Positions 8,609 to 19,015 of a stretch of DNA of 64,000 nt are shown piece after piece. Numbering within the stretch: position 1 is the first letter of the stretch; each line of letters opens with the position of its first letter. Source of the stretch: an uncultured delta proteobacterium (GTDB lineage: Bacteria; Desulfobacterota; Binatia; UBA9968); assembly GCA_963745035.1 (NCBI GenBank), contig CAVUVW010000011.1, positions 224,001 to 288,000 on the forward strand, read 5' to 3'. Under the pieces are notes generated by a model. The model had not been told where the DNA came from, did not search any database, and saw only the letters and a list, made by a program, of their open reading frames with translations. Both the position numbers and the translations under genes were made by a program.

Positions 8609-8895
8609 TTAGCGCGACCGGAGTGAGCATCCTGCCCATGACGATGAAGCAGAGCCACAACAATCCGTAGAAAAGCAGCGACTTGGAGAGAAGCTCGCTC
8701 TCCGAACTGCCTGGCCCGAGCAAAGCTCGGACGGGGCGGATCAGCGGCGCCGTGAGCACGCCGAAAAACCATAGCAGCTTGCTGCTTGGGTTTTTGGCTC
8801 AAGCGCGCGACGAGTTTGTGCAGCGCCAGATAAAAGAAGGCCATGAAACAGAGGAAACGGCCAAGAAATACAATCTGAGAAAGCGGATCGATCAC
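8609..8895 (-). CDS. Small membrane protein (YggT-like); frameshifted, 3' end uncertain
   Basis: IDPLSQIVFLGRFLCFMAFFYLAL...KLLWFFGVLTAPLIRPVR hydrophobic segments within the symporter operon. Confidence 0.45.
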
Positions 8896-8958
8896 TACGC
8901 AGCGACCGACCGGACGAGAAGATCGACTTGGCAATCTTCCCGTCCGGATATGAAAACG

Positions 8959-10893
8959 TTAGTGGGCGCCAGCGGGCAGATCGCGTCCCAACGGATCGCC
9001 CGTGACGGCCTGGCCGCTCTTGGGATAGCGCACGCTGGCGACAAGATCCTGCACTTGCTGCGGCGGCGCTTCGGTCATCAGCGAAACCAGCCAGATGGTG
9101 ATGAAGCCGACAGGCAGTCCGAAAACCGCCGAAGCGATGGTCTGAGTGCCAAACCAGGAGACGCCGTAGAAACGGCTGCCGATCATGTAGTAGGCGGTTA
9201 CGGCCAAGCCGGCGATCATGCCGACGCAGGCGCCGGTCTTGTTCGCCCGCTTCCACCAGATGCCCATGACCAGCGCCGGGAAAAAAGAAGCGCCGGCCAA
9301 ACTGAAAGCCCATGCCACCAGCTCGACGATGATGGCGATGCGAAAAGTGGCGACCCAGGCGGCGATCAGAGCGGTTACGACCAGGAGTATCTTGGTGATG
9401 GTCAGTCGCTTGGTCAGCGACGCCGTGCGGATCGATGACGTTGTAATACAGATCATGGGAGAACGCGTTGGCGATGGTCAGCAAGAGGCCATCCGCCGTG
9501 GATAGCGCCGCCGCCAAACCGCCGGCCATCACCAATCCCGTGATCACGAACGGCAAGCCCGGCGACCTCAGGCATCGAGAGAACGACGAAGTCGGTGGAC
9601 TTCACGACGAAGTCCGCCCACTGCACGATGCCGTCGCCGTTCTTGTCGATGACTTCGAAGAGGCCGGCCGGCTGCCACAAGCGTGACCCAGCGCGGCAGC
9701 TCCGCGATCTGCGTGCCGACCAGTTTGGCGTAGATCACGAAGCGGGCGAAGGCGGCATAAGCCGGCGCGGTGAAATAAAGCAGGAAGATAAAAAACAGCG
9801 ACCAAGCCACCGAGGTGCGCGCTTCGCGCACCGAAGGCGTGGTGTAGTAGCGCGTCAGGATGTGCGGCAGCCCCGCGGTGCCGACCATCAAGCAGAACGT
9901 CAGCGCAAGGAAATTCCACATGCCCACTCCGCTCGGCACCGTCAGGTACCGGCCGATTTTGGCGTCGTCGCTGGCGGCCGGAGCGGTTGCCTGCTGGGTG
10001 GCGGTTTTCGCGGCGGCTCTAAGCTTGTCGGCCTCCGTCGTCATTGAGATTGCCCATCTTGATCTTGGCGTTGGCCTCGTCGGCGTCTTTTTTCCACAAC
10101 GCGCGCGTCTCCTTCTCCTTGGCGTCGCGCGTGATCTCGATCGCTTTGGCGTTGTTCGTCTGCAGACAGCCTGCCGTAGGTGAGCTCGGGGATCGGAATC
10201 GCGAACAGCTGGTAGGAAAGGTAGACCACCGGAACCAGATAGGAGACGATCAGAATGATGTACTGCGCCACCTGGGTCCAGGTGACCGACTTCATGCCGC
10301 CGAGCACCGAACAAAACAGCACGCCGATCAGACCGACGAAAACGCCGATGTTGAAATCCAATCCGATGAAGCGCGACACGATCAATCCGACGCCGGTGAC
10401 CTGAGCGATCAGGTAAGTGAAGGAGCAGGCGATCGCGGCGACGACGCCGATGATGCGCGCGAAATTGCCGCCATAGCGGGCGCCGAGAAAGTCCGGAATC
10501 GTGTAGGCGCCGAATTGCCGCAGGTAGGGTCCCAAAAATACCGCGAGCAAGAGATAGCCGCCGGTCCAGCCCATGACATAGGCAAGACCGGCGAATCCCT
10601 GGGCGGACAAGCGCGCCCGCCATGGAGATAAATGAAGCGGCGGACATCCAGTCCGAGCCCGTCGCCATGCCGTTGAACACGGCCGGAACGCCGCGTCCGG
10701 CGACGTAGTATTGATCGGGATTCGAAGTGCGAGTGATGATGCCGATGACGACGTAGATGCCCAGCGAGAGACCCATGAAGATCCAGCCGATCCACTGCGG
10801 CGACAAACCGAAGAGTTGTTCGGCGATGCCGATGAGGACAGTCACGCCCAGGAAAGAGATCGTATAGAGACCGAAAATTTTAGCTAGGCTCAT
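8959..10893 (-). CDS. Sodium:solute symporter, ActP/VC_2705-like (cation/acetate symporter family); frameshifted
   Basis: YYVAGR..PAVFNGMATGSDWMSAASF, GGMKSVTWTQVAQY, MVGTAGLPHILTRYYT, GGLAAALSTADGLLL, WWKRAN. Confidence 0.9.
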
Positions 10894-10896
10894 GGT

Positions 10897-11166
10897 TTAT
10901 CCCTCCTCTCGGATGCCGTACTGAAGATCGAGCTTGTTCATCAAATAGGCGTACACCGCAATCTCGATGACGAAGATCGCCAGCGAGCCCTGTGCCGCCA
11001 TGTAGTAACCGAGCGGGAATCCCCAGAAGGAAAATTGATTTAGCCAGCCGGCCCAAAGACCCGAAATCAGATAGGTGACGACGAACCAGATGATCAGCAG
11101 GATGGTCGTCAGGGTGATGTTGTAACGCCAATACGACTTCTTTTGCTCTTCCGTGAGATCAGCCAT
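10897..11166 (-). CDS. DUF4212/DUF485 small membrane partner of the solute symporter
   Basis: YWRYNI..LIIWFVV..GFPLGYYMAAQGS..MNKLD; RBS gaggagg. Confidence 0.9.
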   Translation of the reverse strand: MADLTEEQKKSYWRYNITLTTILLIIWFVVTYLISGLWAGWLNQFSFWGFPLGYYMAAQGSLAIFVIEIAVYAYLMNKLDLQYGIREEG

Positions 11167-11490
11167 AAGCACCTCCTCGATGCAGATTGGAATCTGATGC
11201 TACGAGCGAAAACTGTCGTTTCCGGAGCTATGATCTCGATCGACGCTCTCGCGTTACTCAAGATTCGAGCGCTGACCGAGGGAAGGAGTGATCATCCCCG
11301 CCGGACGGAGTGGCAGAATCGACCGTCCAGATCGAGCGGGAAGTTGCATGTGCTGGCCTTTAGCAAAGGCCGTAACAAAGTGTCAAGCGAATTCGTAGTC
11401 GCGAGTTGACGGCTCATTGATGACGCTGGCATAGGGTATTCGGATCGACTAGTAAGATTCAAATTCTCGTCGACAGGAGCTCAAAGCTGC

Positions 11491-12372
11491 ATGGAAAATC
11501 GCCGCTACGATTATTCACCGATTATTCGCCGGCCGAAGATCGAATGGCCCGATCATGGGCGTATCGCGCTCTGGGTGGCGCCGAACATCGAATACTTTCA
11601 CTTCGACATGCCGATCCGCGGCTCGGGCAGCAATCATACGCCGGACGTGCCGGGCTACACCTTGCGCGATTACGGCTCGCGCGTGGGCGTGTTTCGCATC
11701 ATGGACGTGCTCGATAAGTATGGCATCCGCGCCAGCGTTCTTCTCAATGCCGAAGTGTGCGAGCAGCATCCGCCGATCATCGAGGAGGGCAATAAACGAA
11801 AATGGGAATGGCTCGGCCACGGCATGACCAACAGCGTTTCGATGCTCGATTACAAGCCGGAGGAAGAGCGCTCGATCATTCACAAAGTCAAAGAGATCAT
11901 CACCAAGGGCACCGGCAAGGCGCCGAAGGGCTGGCTCGGTCCGGGGCTGGGCGAGACCGCTGATACTCCAGATCACCTCGCGGCGGAGGGATTCGAATAC
12001 GTCTGCGACTGGGGCAACGACGAGCAGCCGACGCCGATGCGCGTCAAGAGCGGCCGGATGATCGTCGTGCCTTACGAGTTGGGCGTCAACGATATTCGCG
12101 TCTTTATCCGCGAGAACCACACGCCGGAGCAATACTACCGCATGGTGTGCGACCACTTCGACACGCTCTACAAAGACAGCGCCTCGGGCGGGCGCGTGCT
12201 CTGCCTGCCGCTTCATCCGTTCGTCATCGGCATGCCGTTCCGCATCAACTATCTCGACAAGGCGCTGGACTATATGTGCTCGCACGAAGGCGTGTGGCGC
12301 ACGACGAGCGGTGATATCGCGGAGTGGTACTACAAGAACTATTATAAAGATCCGGGGCGGTATGAAGGGTAG
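11491..12372 (+). CDS. Polysaccharide deacetylase family protein (PuuE/allantoinase-like)
   Basis: RYDYSPI.RP..WP, DYGSRVG..RI, WEWLGHG, GWLGPG, LHPFVIG.PFR. Confidence 0.88.
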   Translation: MENRRYDYSPIIRRPKIEWPDHGRIALWVAPNIEYFHFDMPIRGSGSNHTPDVPGYTLRDYGSRVGVFRIMDVLDKYGIRASVLLNAEVCEQHPPIIEEGNKRKWEWLGHGMTNSVSMLDYKPEEERSIIHKVKEIITKGTGKAPKGWLGPGLGETADTPDHLAAEGFEYVCDWGNDEQPTPMRVKSGRMIVVPYELGVNDIRVFIRENHTPEQYYRMVCDHFDTLYKDSASGGRVLCLPLHPFVIGMPFRINYLDKALDYMCSHEGVWRTTSGDIAEWYYKNYYKDPGRYEG

Positions 12373-12389
12373 GGTCGAGTGAGTAAAAT

Positions 12390-12518
12390 TGGAGTGTTGG
12401 AGTGATGAAGCATGTGGAGTGATGGGTTTCGGAGTCGGGCGCTGCGCAAGGTCGAGTAGGTTGCGCAAGTTTCGGGCTTGGAACCAACACTCCATCACTC
12501 CAATACTCCACCACTCCA
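12390..12518. repeat. Octamer (TGGAGTRN) inverted-repeat hairpin element
   Basis: tggagtgttggagtgatg..tggagtgatgg versus ccaacactccatcactccaatactccaccactcca; inner tgcgcaa/ttgcgca. Confidence 0.8.
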
Positions 12519-12537
12519 TTCTTCTAGGAGTTCGCTT

Positions 12538-13978
12538 ATGAGCGATCCGAAAGCAGTTTGTCTTTGATACCGTCGAGCGCAACCGCGAGGCGATCGCGCT
12601 GTTGTGCGACAATATTTTTTACTTCGCTGAGCTTGGCATGCAGGAATTCGAGACCTCGAAGATGATGATGGACTTGCTGGAAAAAGCCGGGTTCGAGGTC
12701 GAAAGAAACCTGTCGGGCATGCCGACCGGTTTCGTGGCGAGTTATGGCTCGGGCAAACCGGTGATCGCGCTGCATACCGAGTTCGACGCGACGCCGGCCT
12801 GTTCGCAAAAGGCGGGCGTGACCGAGCCGACGCCGATCGTCGACGGCGCGCCCGGACATACAGAGGGACATAACGTCAACGGCGCAGTGATGATCGGGGC
12901 GGCTTTCGCGATCAAAAAAGCGATGGATCAATTCGGTCTGAAAGGCACTCTGAAAGTATTCGGCGCGCCGGCCGAGGAGCAACTGGTGAGCCGGCCTTAT
13001 TTCGTGCGCGACGGCCATTTCCAAAATGTCGACGTGGCGCTCCACGATCACATCGGCAAGGAGTTCGGCAGCGTTTACGGCCTGCGCCAGTATGCGCTCA
13101 TCTCCGCCGAGTTTACCTTCAAAGGGCAATCGGCCCATGCCGCTACGGCGCCGTGGAATGCCAAAGATGCTTTGGATGCCGTGGTGTTGATGGATATCGG
13201 CTGGGACAAGCTGCGCGAACACTTGGAGCCGACGCAAAGGAGCCATCGGGTGATCACCAACGGGGGCGACCAGCCCAACGTTATTCCCAACCGTTCATCG
13301 ATCTGGTGGTTTTTCCGCGAGGCGACAGCCGAGAAAACCCGCGCCCTGTTTGAAAGAGCGAAGCGCGTCGCCGAAGGCGCCGCGCTCATGACCGACACGA
13401 GCTATTCAGTCAATGTTTTGAGCGCGGTGTGGCCGACGCGGGCAAACCGCACGCTCGGAGAAATCATCCAAAAGAACGTCGAGCAAATCGGCATGCCGCA
13501 GTGGTCGGAAAGCGAGCAAGGCATGGTTCACGAGCTGCAGGCGAAATTGAAAATCAAGCCGACCGGCATGCCGGCGAAGATCACCCCGCTCAAGGAGTGC
13601 GTTCAGTCCGTATCTGCCAACGATTCGGGAGAAGTTTCCTGGGTGGTGCCCACGGGGCTCATCACTTTTCCCTCTAATATTCCCGGCGTGTCGTATCATC
13701 ACTGGTCGGCGGGAGTGTCGCTGGCAACTTCCATCGCGCACAAAGGGGCGGTGGCGGGCGCCAAGGCCATGGCCGGCGCGGCGGTGGATCTGTTCTCGGA
13801 CCCGAAGCTCGTCGCGCAAGCGAAGGAAACGTTCAAAGAAGAAATCGGCGATACGGAATATCGGCCGCTGCTGCCGCCCGATCAGAAGCCGCCGCTCGAG
13901 CTAAACCGAGTTCTCATGGAACGCTACCGGCCGGCGATGCGGGAGCACTACGTCAAAGAAAAGCCGGTGTTCAGTTAA
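12538..13978 (+). CDS. M20 amidohydrolase (aminobenzoyl-glutamate utilisation AbgB-like); indel near 12552
   Basis: AELGMQEFETS, PTGFVASYGSGKPVI, GHTEGHN, PAEE, KGQSAHAA..PW..ALDAV; RBS aggag before ATG 12538. Confidence 0.88.
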
Positions 13979-13994
13979 CCGGTTAAGCAATCGA

Positions 13995-14708
13995 TTACTT
14001 ATCGCTGACCTCGACCGTCATGGCGACAGTCGAGCGTATCTCGACGGTTCCCGGTTCGATCGGCGTCGGCGCCGAGGCGGCTTCGGCTCGCGCCGCCATG
14101 GCCTGACGGAAAACCGGTTGCACCGCGCGCTCGCCTTCATTGACGGCGGTGATGCGGACGATCTTCAATCCCAGCGAGGAAGCGATCGCTTCGGCTTTGG
14201 CCTTGGCTTTCGCCGTTGCCGTCTTTAACGCTTCGAGCTGCGCCGACAGTTCATCTTTCAAAGTAAACACCAGCCTCTGAACATTGTTGGCGCCGGCTTG
14301 CATGGCGCCATCGATCAACTGGCCGACGAGGTTCAAGTTCGTCGTCTTGATGCGCAGCGTGTTGCTGGCGGTGTAGCCGACAATCTCGGGTTTCCCGCCC
14401 TGCGGGTAGCGGTAGTTCGGCGCGAGGGAATAGCCGCTGGTTTTTACCTCGTCGCTTTTGCCGAGCTGCTTTTTGACTTCGGCGAGCACGCGCGCAAATC
14501 TTTCGGCGTTTTCTTTGGAGGCTTCGGGAGCGGTGCGGGCTTGGGTAACCACTCCGATGTCGATCTCGGCCTGGTCCGGTTCGGCGGAAATCACGGCTTC
14601 TCCGCTGACCGTTATGGACGGCGGCCTGGGCCGATCATTTGCCTGCTGAGCATGAGTCGTTGACCCGAGTAACAGAATCATGCCGAAAATCGCCAGAAGT
14701 TTGCTCAT
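13995..14708 (-). CDS. SIMPL (DUF541/YggE) periplasmic protein
   Basis: Signal peptide; ITVSGEAVISAEPDQA, GYTASNTL, AGANNV, IEPG. Confidence 0.9.
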   Translation of the reverse strand: MSKLLAIFGMILLLGSTTHAQQANDRPRPPSITVSGEAVISAEPDQAEIDIGVVTQARTAPEASKENAERFARVLAEVKKQLGKSDEVKTSGYSLAPNYRYPQGGKPEIVGYTASNTLRIKTTNLNLVGQLIDGAMQAGANNVQRLVFTLKDELSAQLEALKTATAKAKAKAEAIASSLGLKIVRITAVNEGERAVQPVFRQAMAARAEAASAPTPIEPGTVEIRSTVAMTVEVSDK

Positions 14709-14948
14709 AAAATTCCTCGGACCGCCGCGCTCGTCTCAAGGCTAGCGCAAAAGTCTTTGTTTCGCACTACAGAGCCGCGGTGACAATCGGAGATTTAGAC
14801 GCCGTGGACGTGAAAAAGTTCATCTTCGCCATCTTGTTTTTTTGTCGATCGGCTGCGCGACGCATCCCTCGCCGCGAGCGGCGAAAGGGCGAACAAATCC
14901 AAACGATGACGGCCGCCTTGTTACAGCAGGTTCGTCTCAGCCGGGCCA

Positions 14949-16298
14949 GTGATTCAATTGCATGTGCAGATGTATCCCTGCTACACCGATGATGTGGAGA
15001 CGGCAGCTCGGAGTGAACAGCGATTCAAGAATCCCGGTATTTTTTACGGCTGGTACATCGTCGGCGTCGGCTTTCTCGCCAATGTCGCTTCATCATTCGC
15101 GCTCGCCAGCACGCTCAGCATATTTCTCAAACCTTTGACCGCGGAGCTGGGCATCTCGCGCGGCGTGTTTTCTTTGTTGCGCTCGGGCGAGGGCATCATC
15201 GCGGCCTGCTTGGCGCCGCTGGTCGGGACACTGGTGGACCGCTACGGCGGGCGCTGGCTCATGGTGAGCGGGGCGGCGATCGCGGGCGTCGGTTTTTTGT
15301 TTCTTGGCTACATCGAGAATTTCGTTCAATTCACGGCGGTTCGCTTGACCTTGATAACGTTTGGCGACGTGTTGATGGGCTACATGGTCGTCAACGTGGT
15401 CGTCGCGCAATGGTTCGTGCGCATGCGCGGGCGCGCCTTTGCGTTCACGAGCATGGGCGTCGGTTTCGCCAAGGTGTGCATGCCGATCCTGGCGGCCTGG
15501 CTCCTGGTGTCGGTCGGCTGGCGACAGACCTGGATGGTGTTCGGCGTGCTCACGATGGCTTTGCTGGTGCTTGCCGGCGCTGCTCGTGGTGCGGCGCACG
15601 CCCGAGGATATGGGGCTTCGTCCCGACGGGGCCGCTGAGCCGATAACAGATACCGATCCGTTCGCGCGTGGCAAAAGAACCGGGCATGAGTTCTCGGCGC
15701 AACGATCCGGACACGCTCTGGACTCGCGCTGAAGCCGCGCGCACGAGCGCGTTCTGGTTGCTCGTCATCACGTTCGGTATTTCCAGCGTCGGCGTGACGG
15801 GGCTCAACCTGCACGTCTATCCCTACGTCACCGATATCGGTCATTCGCCGGTCGTAGCCGCCACCGTGATGAGCGTGATTGCGTCGATGCAGCTCGCTTC
15901 GCCGCTCGTCTGGGGATTGGTCGCCGAGCGCATCGACCCGCGCATCGCGGCCATGCTGCGCTTTGTCGTTCAAGGGCATCGGTCTCGCACTGGCAATCTC
16001 GACCAGCAGTCTGATTTGTCTCTATGCGGGATTTTTTCTCTACGGCATCGGCCTAGGCGGCAATATGGTCTTGCCCGATCTCCTGTGGGCCAACTATTTC
16101 GGCCGCCGCTCGCTCGGAAAAATTCGCGGCATGGGGTTGCTGATATCGCACTTCCTCGCTGCTTTGGGCCCGCCGTTTTTTGGTTTCTTGTTCGACATCA
16201 CCGGCGGCTATGGCCTCTCGTTCGCGATCTTCGGCGCGGCTTTGGCGACTTCGGCGGTGCTGAGCCTGATGCTGCGGCCGCCAAGGAAAACGGAATGA
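14949..16298 (+). CDS. MFS transporter; frameshifted
   Basis: IFYGWYIV, GTLVDRYGGR, QWFVRMRGRA, RRTPEDMGLRPDG, YFGRRSLG; start may be near 14994. Confidence 0.85.
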
Positions 16299-16303
16299 GG
16301 TGA

Positions 16304-16382
16304 TGGAGTGTTGGAGTAATGGAGTATTGGGGAATCCAATCCGGAACCAACACTCCACCACTCCAGTACTCCAACACTCCAA
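16304..16382. repeat. Octamer (TGGAGTRN) inverted-repeat hairpin element
   Basis: tggagtgttggagtaatggagtattgg versus ccaacactccaccactccagtactccaacactcca. Confidence 0.85.
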
Positions 16383-16453
16383 TCTTTTCCGCCTTGCCGC
16401 CCATTGCAACTTTTTGATAGGAAGGGAGCAATTCGCAGAGAAAGGATCTCTCC

Positions 16454-17449
16454 ATGATCATTGACGTTCATAATCATATCGTTGCCGGCGAGCAGCTACA
16501 GACCTTTCAGGCGGGGCTGATCAACAGCGCTGGATTCCACCGGCCGCGCGGCGCGGTGGTGACGGAAAAGCATATCCAGGAAGCGAAGTGGCACGGCCAC
16601 CGCCATTCGGAAGTCTTGGGCGAAGTGGGAACGGATTACGCCTTTATCTCCCCGCGGCCTTATACGATGATGCATTCGGCCAAGCCGGAAAAGATCGTGC
16701 ACTGGTACTGCGAGGCGGTGAACGATGCGCTCGCGCTGCAGGTCAAGATGGAGCCCAAGAAATTTCGCGCCATCGGCGGTCTGCCGCAAAACGGCGGCGT
16801 GCCGGTCACCAACACGTTCGATGAGATCGATCGCTGCATCAACGATCTGGGATTTGTCGGCATTATGATCAATCCGGACCCGGGCGAAGGCGACGGGCAA
16901 ACGCCGGCCATGGGCAATGAATACTGGTACCCGCTTTACGAAAAGATGGTGAAGATGGACATTCCCGGACTCGTGCACGCGGCGAGCTGCAAGAACCCGC
17001 GCGAGTCGTTTCACGGCCATTTCATCACCGAAGAGAGCATCGCGATTCTCTCGCTCGTCGATTCCAAGGTTTTTCAAGATTTTCCCAAATTGAAATTGAT
17101 CATTTCCCATGGCGGGGGCTCGGTGCCCTATCAAGTCGGGCGCTGGCGCTCGCAGCTCCGCGGCCCGAACGATACCGAAACTTTTGATCAGCGGCTGAAG
17201 CAGCTCTACTTCGATACCGCGCTTTACAACGTCGAGTCGCTGAAGCTGCTTTTTCGCATCGTCGGGCCGGAGCGCTGCCTCTTCGGCACCGAGCGGCCCG
17301 GCGCCGGCTCCAAGACCGATCCGCGCACCGGCAAGTGGTACGACGACGTGCGGCCGAACATCGAAAGCATCCCGTGGCTGAAGACGGAGGACAAAGAAAA
17401 GATTTTTCAGAAGAACGCCGAGCAGGTGTTCAGCCGGTTCAAGCAGTAA
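16454..17449 (+). CDS. Amidohydrolase_2 family protein (LigJ 4-oxalomesaconate hydratase-like)
   Basis: MIIDVHNH, GLPQ, INPDP, YWYPLYEKM, HGGGSVPY, LFGTE. Confidence 0.8.
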   Translation: MIIDVHNHIVAGEQLQTFQAGLINSAGFHRPRGAVVTEKHIQEAKWHGHRHSEVLGEVGTDYAFISPRPYTMMHSAKPEKIVHWYCEAVNDALALQVKMEPKKFRAIGGLPQNGGVPVTNTFDEIDRCINDLGFVGIMINPDPGEGDGQTPAMGNEYWYPLYEKMVKMDIPGLVHAASCKNPRESFHGHFITEESIAILSLVDSKVFQDFPKLKLIISHGGGSVPYQVGRWRSQLRGPNDTETFDQRLKQLYFDTALYNVESLKLLFRIVGPERCLFGTERPGAGSKTDPRTGKWYDDVRPNIESIPWLKTEDKEKIFQKNAEQVFSRFKQ

Positions 17450-17460
17450 GCGGGAAGATG

Positions 17461-17488
17461 TGGAGTGATGGAGTAGTGGAGTATTGGG
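17461..17488 (+). repeat. Single arm of the TGGAGTRN octamer repeat
   Basis: tggagtgatggagtagtggagtattggg, 11 bp after a stop codon. Confidence 0.7.
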
Positions 17489-17537
17489 TCGATTCTCCGC
17501 AGCTCGCTGCATTAAGTAAATCGGCTATCCGAAGTCC

Positions 17538-17592
17538 GTCATTTCCGCATGTCTTAAGCGGGAATCCAGGCGGACTCGAAATTGGACGCCCG
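17538..17592. repeat. REP-like GTCATT...GGAATCCA palindrome
   Basis: gtcatttccgcatgtcttaagcgggaatcca followed by a degenerate tggacgccc. Confidence 0.5.
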
Positions 17593-17618
17593 ACCCATTA
17601 ATTGATTCAATAACCTCG

Positions 17619-18878
17619 ATGTCGCCAGAAATTGTTAATCTGGACTTTGCCGATCTCACGCCCGACCAGCAGGTAGGCCGGCTCAAGGATCAATTCGTTT
17701 TATTGCGCGGCCAAGACGCCGTCGTGCGGGCGCGAGTCGGCGAGTTACCCGTGCGCCAGTATATCTCGATGTTGGAGCGCGGTTATCGAATCGGGCTGGA
17801 ACGAGACGGCGAAAGCTTCACGCTTGTCCTTCGGCCCGACGGCTCGACCCCGCGTTTGGGCCTTCGCGGCGCGCATTCAGTGGTGAGCCACGCTGACGGG
17901 CGCGTCTATACCAATACGAGTGACAATCGGATCGCGGTCATCGACGCCTCGACGCGACAGGTGCAAAGGCATATCTCATCCGGCGACGATCCGTCGCATT
18001 TGGAATTGTCTCATGACGGCAAACGGCTTTACGTCGCCAACAGCGGCTCCAACGACGTCACGATTATCGATACGACGACCGATCAAACGCTTGCGACGGT
18101 TTCAACGGGAAGGCGGCCGCTGCTTCCGTGCGTGGCTGCAAATGGCAAGTCGGTCTATTTGCCGAGCGGGCCGGACCGGAATGTGACCGTGCTCGGAAGC
18201 GACGGGGAATTTCGCGCAAAAGTTCCAGTCGGGCTCGCGCCGCACGACATCGCCGTTTCCCCTGATAGCCGTTGGGCCTATCAACCCAACTCCGGCTCAC
18301 ACACGGTAACAGTCATTGACGGTTTGAATTACTCCGTGGCCGGCGAGATCACAGTCGGTCTCGGACCCGGGCACATCGCCTTCGACCCGGAGAGCCGCTA
18401 CGCCTATGTGGCCAACACGGTTTCGAATGACGTGACGGTCGTCAGGACGAGCGATCATGAAGTCGTGGCGACGATTCCCGCCGGCAAAGGCGCGCATCTT
18501 CCCGCGCTCAGCCCGGACGGGCGCTACGGCTATGTCGCCAATTTTGCGTCCGACGATCTGACGGTATGGGATTGCGGCGATCATCGCGTTGTCGCCACGA
18601 TCCGTGTCGGGATTTATCCACACTTCTTCGCCATCAGTCCAGATGGAAAGTGGATAGTGGTGTCGAACACAGGTGAATCGAGCATCTGCCTGATTGACGC
18701 CCACGATCACGAAACACGAGCACGACTCCCAGTCGGCGCCGCCCCGGCGCATCTCGCTTTCACCTCAGATAGCGAGTTGGCTTTCGTCGGCTGCGAGAGC
18801 ACGGATGAAGTGGCCGCGATCGACCTGCGAACGCAAACCGTCGTCGAGTTGATCAAAGCAGGAGAGGTCGTTCCGTGA
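17619..18878 (+). CDS. YVTN/YncE beta-propeller protein with a short N-terminal extra domain
   Basis: Eight repeats of the form P-H..SPDG..YVAN..SNDVTVID. Confidence 0.88.
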   Translation: MSPEIVNLDFADLTPDQQVGRLKDQFVLLRGQDAVVRARVGELPVRQYISMLERGYRIGLERDGESFTLVLRPDGSTPRLGLRGAHSVVSHADGRVYTNTSDNRIAVIDASTRQVQRHISSGDDPSHLELSHDGKRLYVANSGSNDVTIIDTTTDQTLATVSTGRRPLLPCVAANGKSVYLPSGPDRNVTVLGSDGEFRAKVPVGLAPHDIAVSPDSRWAYQPNSGSHTVTVIDGLNYSVAGEITVGLGPGHIAFDPESRYAYVANTVSNDVTVVRTSDHEVVATIPAGKGAHLPALSPDGRYGYVANFASDDLTVWDCGDHRVVATIRVGIYPHFFAISPDGKWIVVSNTGESSICLIDAHDHETRARLPVGAAPAHLAFTSDSELAFVGCESTDEVAAIDLRTQTVVELIKAGEVVP

Positions 18879-19015
18879 TCTGGTTTGCCAATCTCCCGTG
18901 ATCCCTTTTTGAAGTCCTCGGTCGACGACAAACCGACCTAGTATCTCGGAAAACTTTATTCCGAGGCGGTTTTGGTCTAAGAGGTAGAGAACGCAGCGAA
19001 GGACTCAACTCCCGA

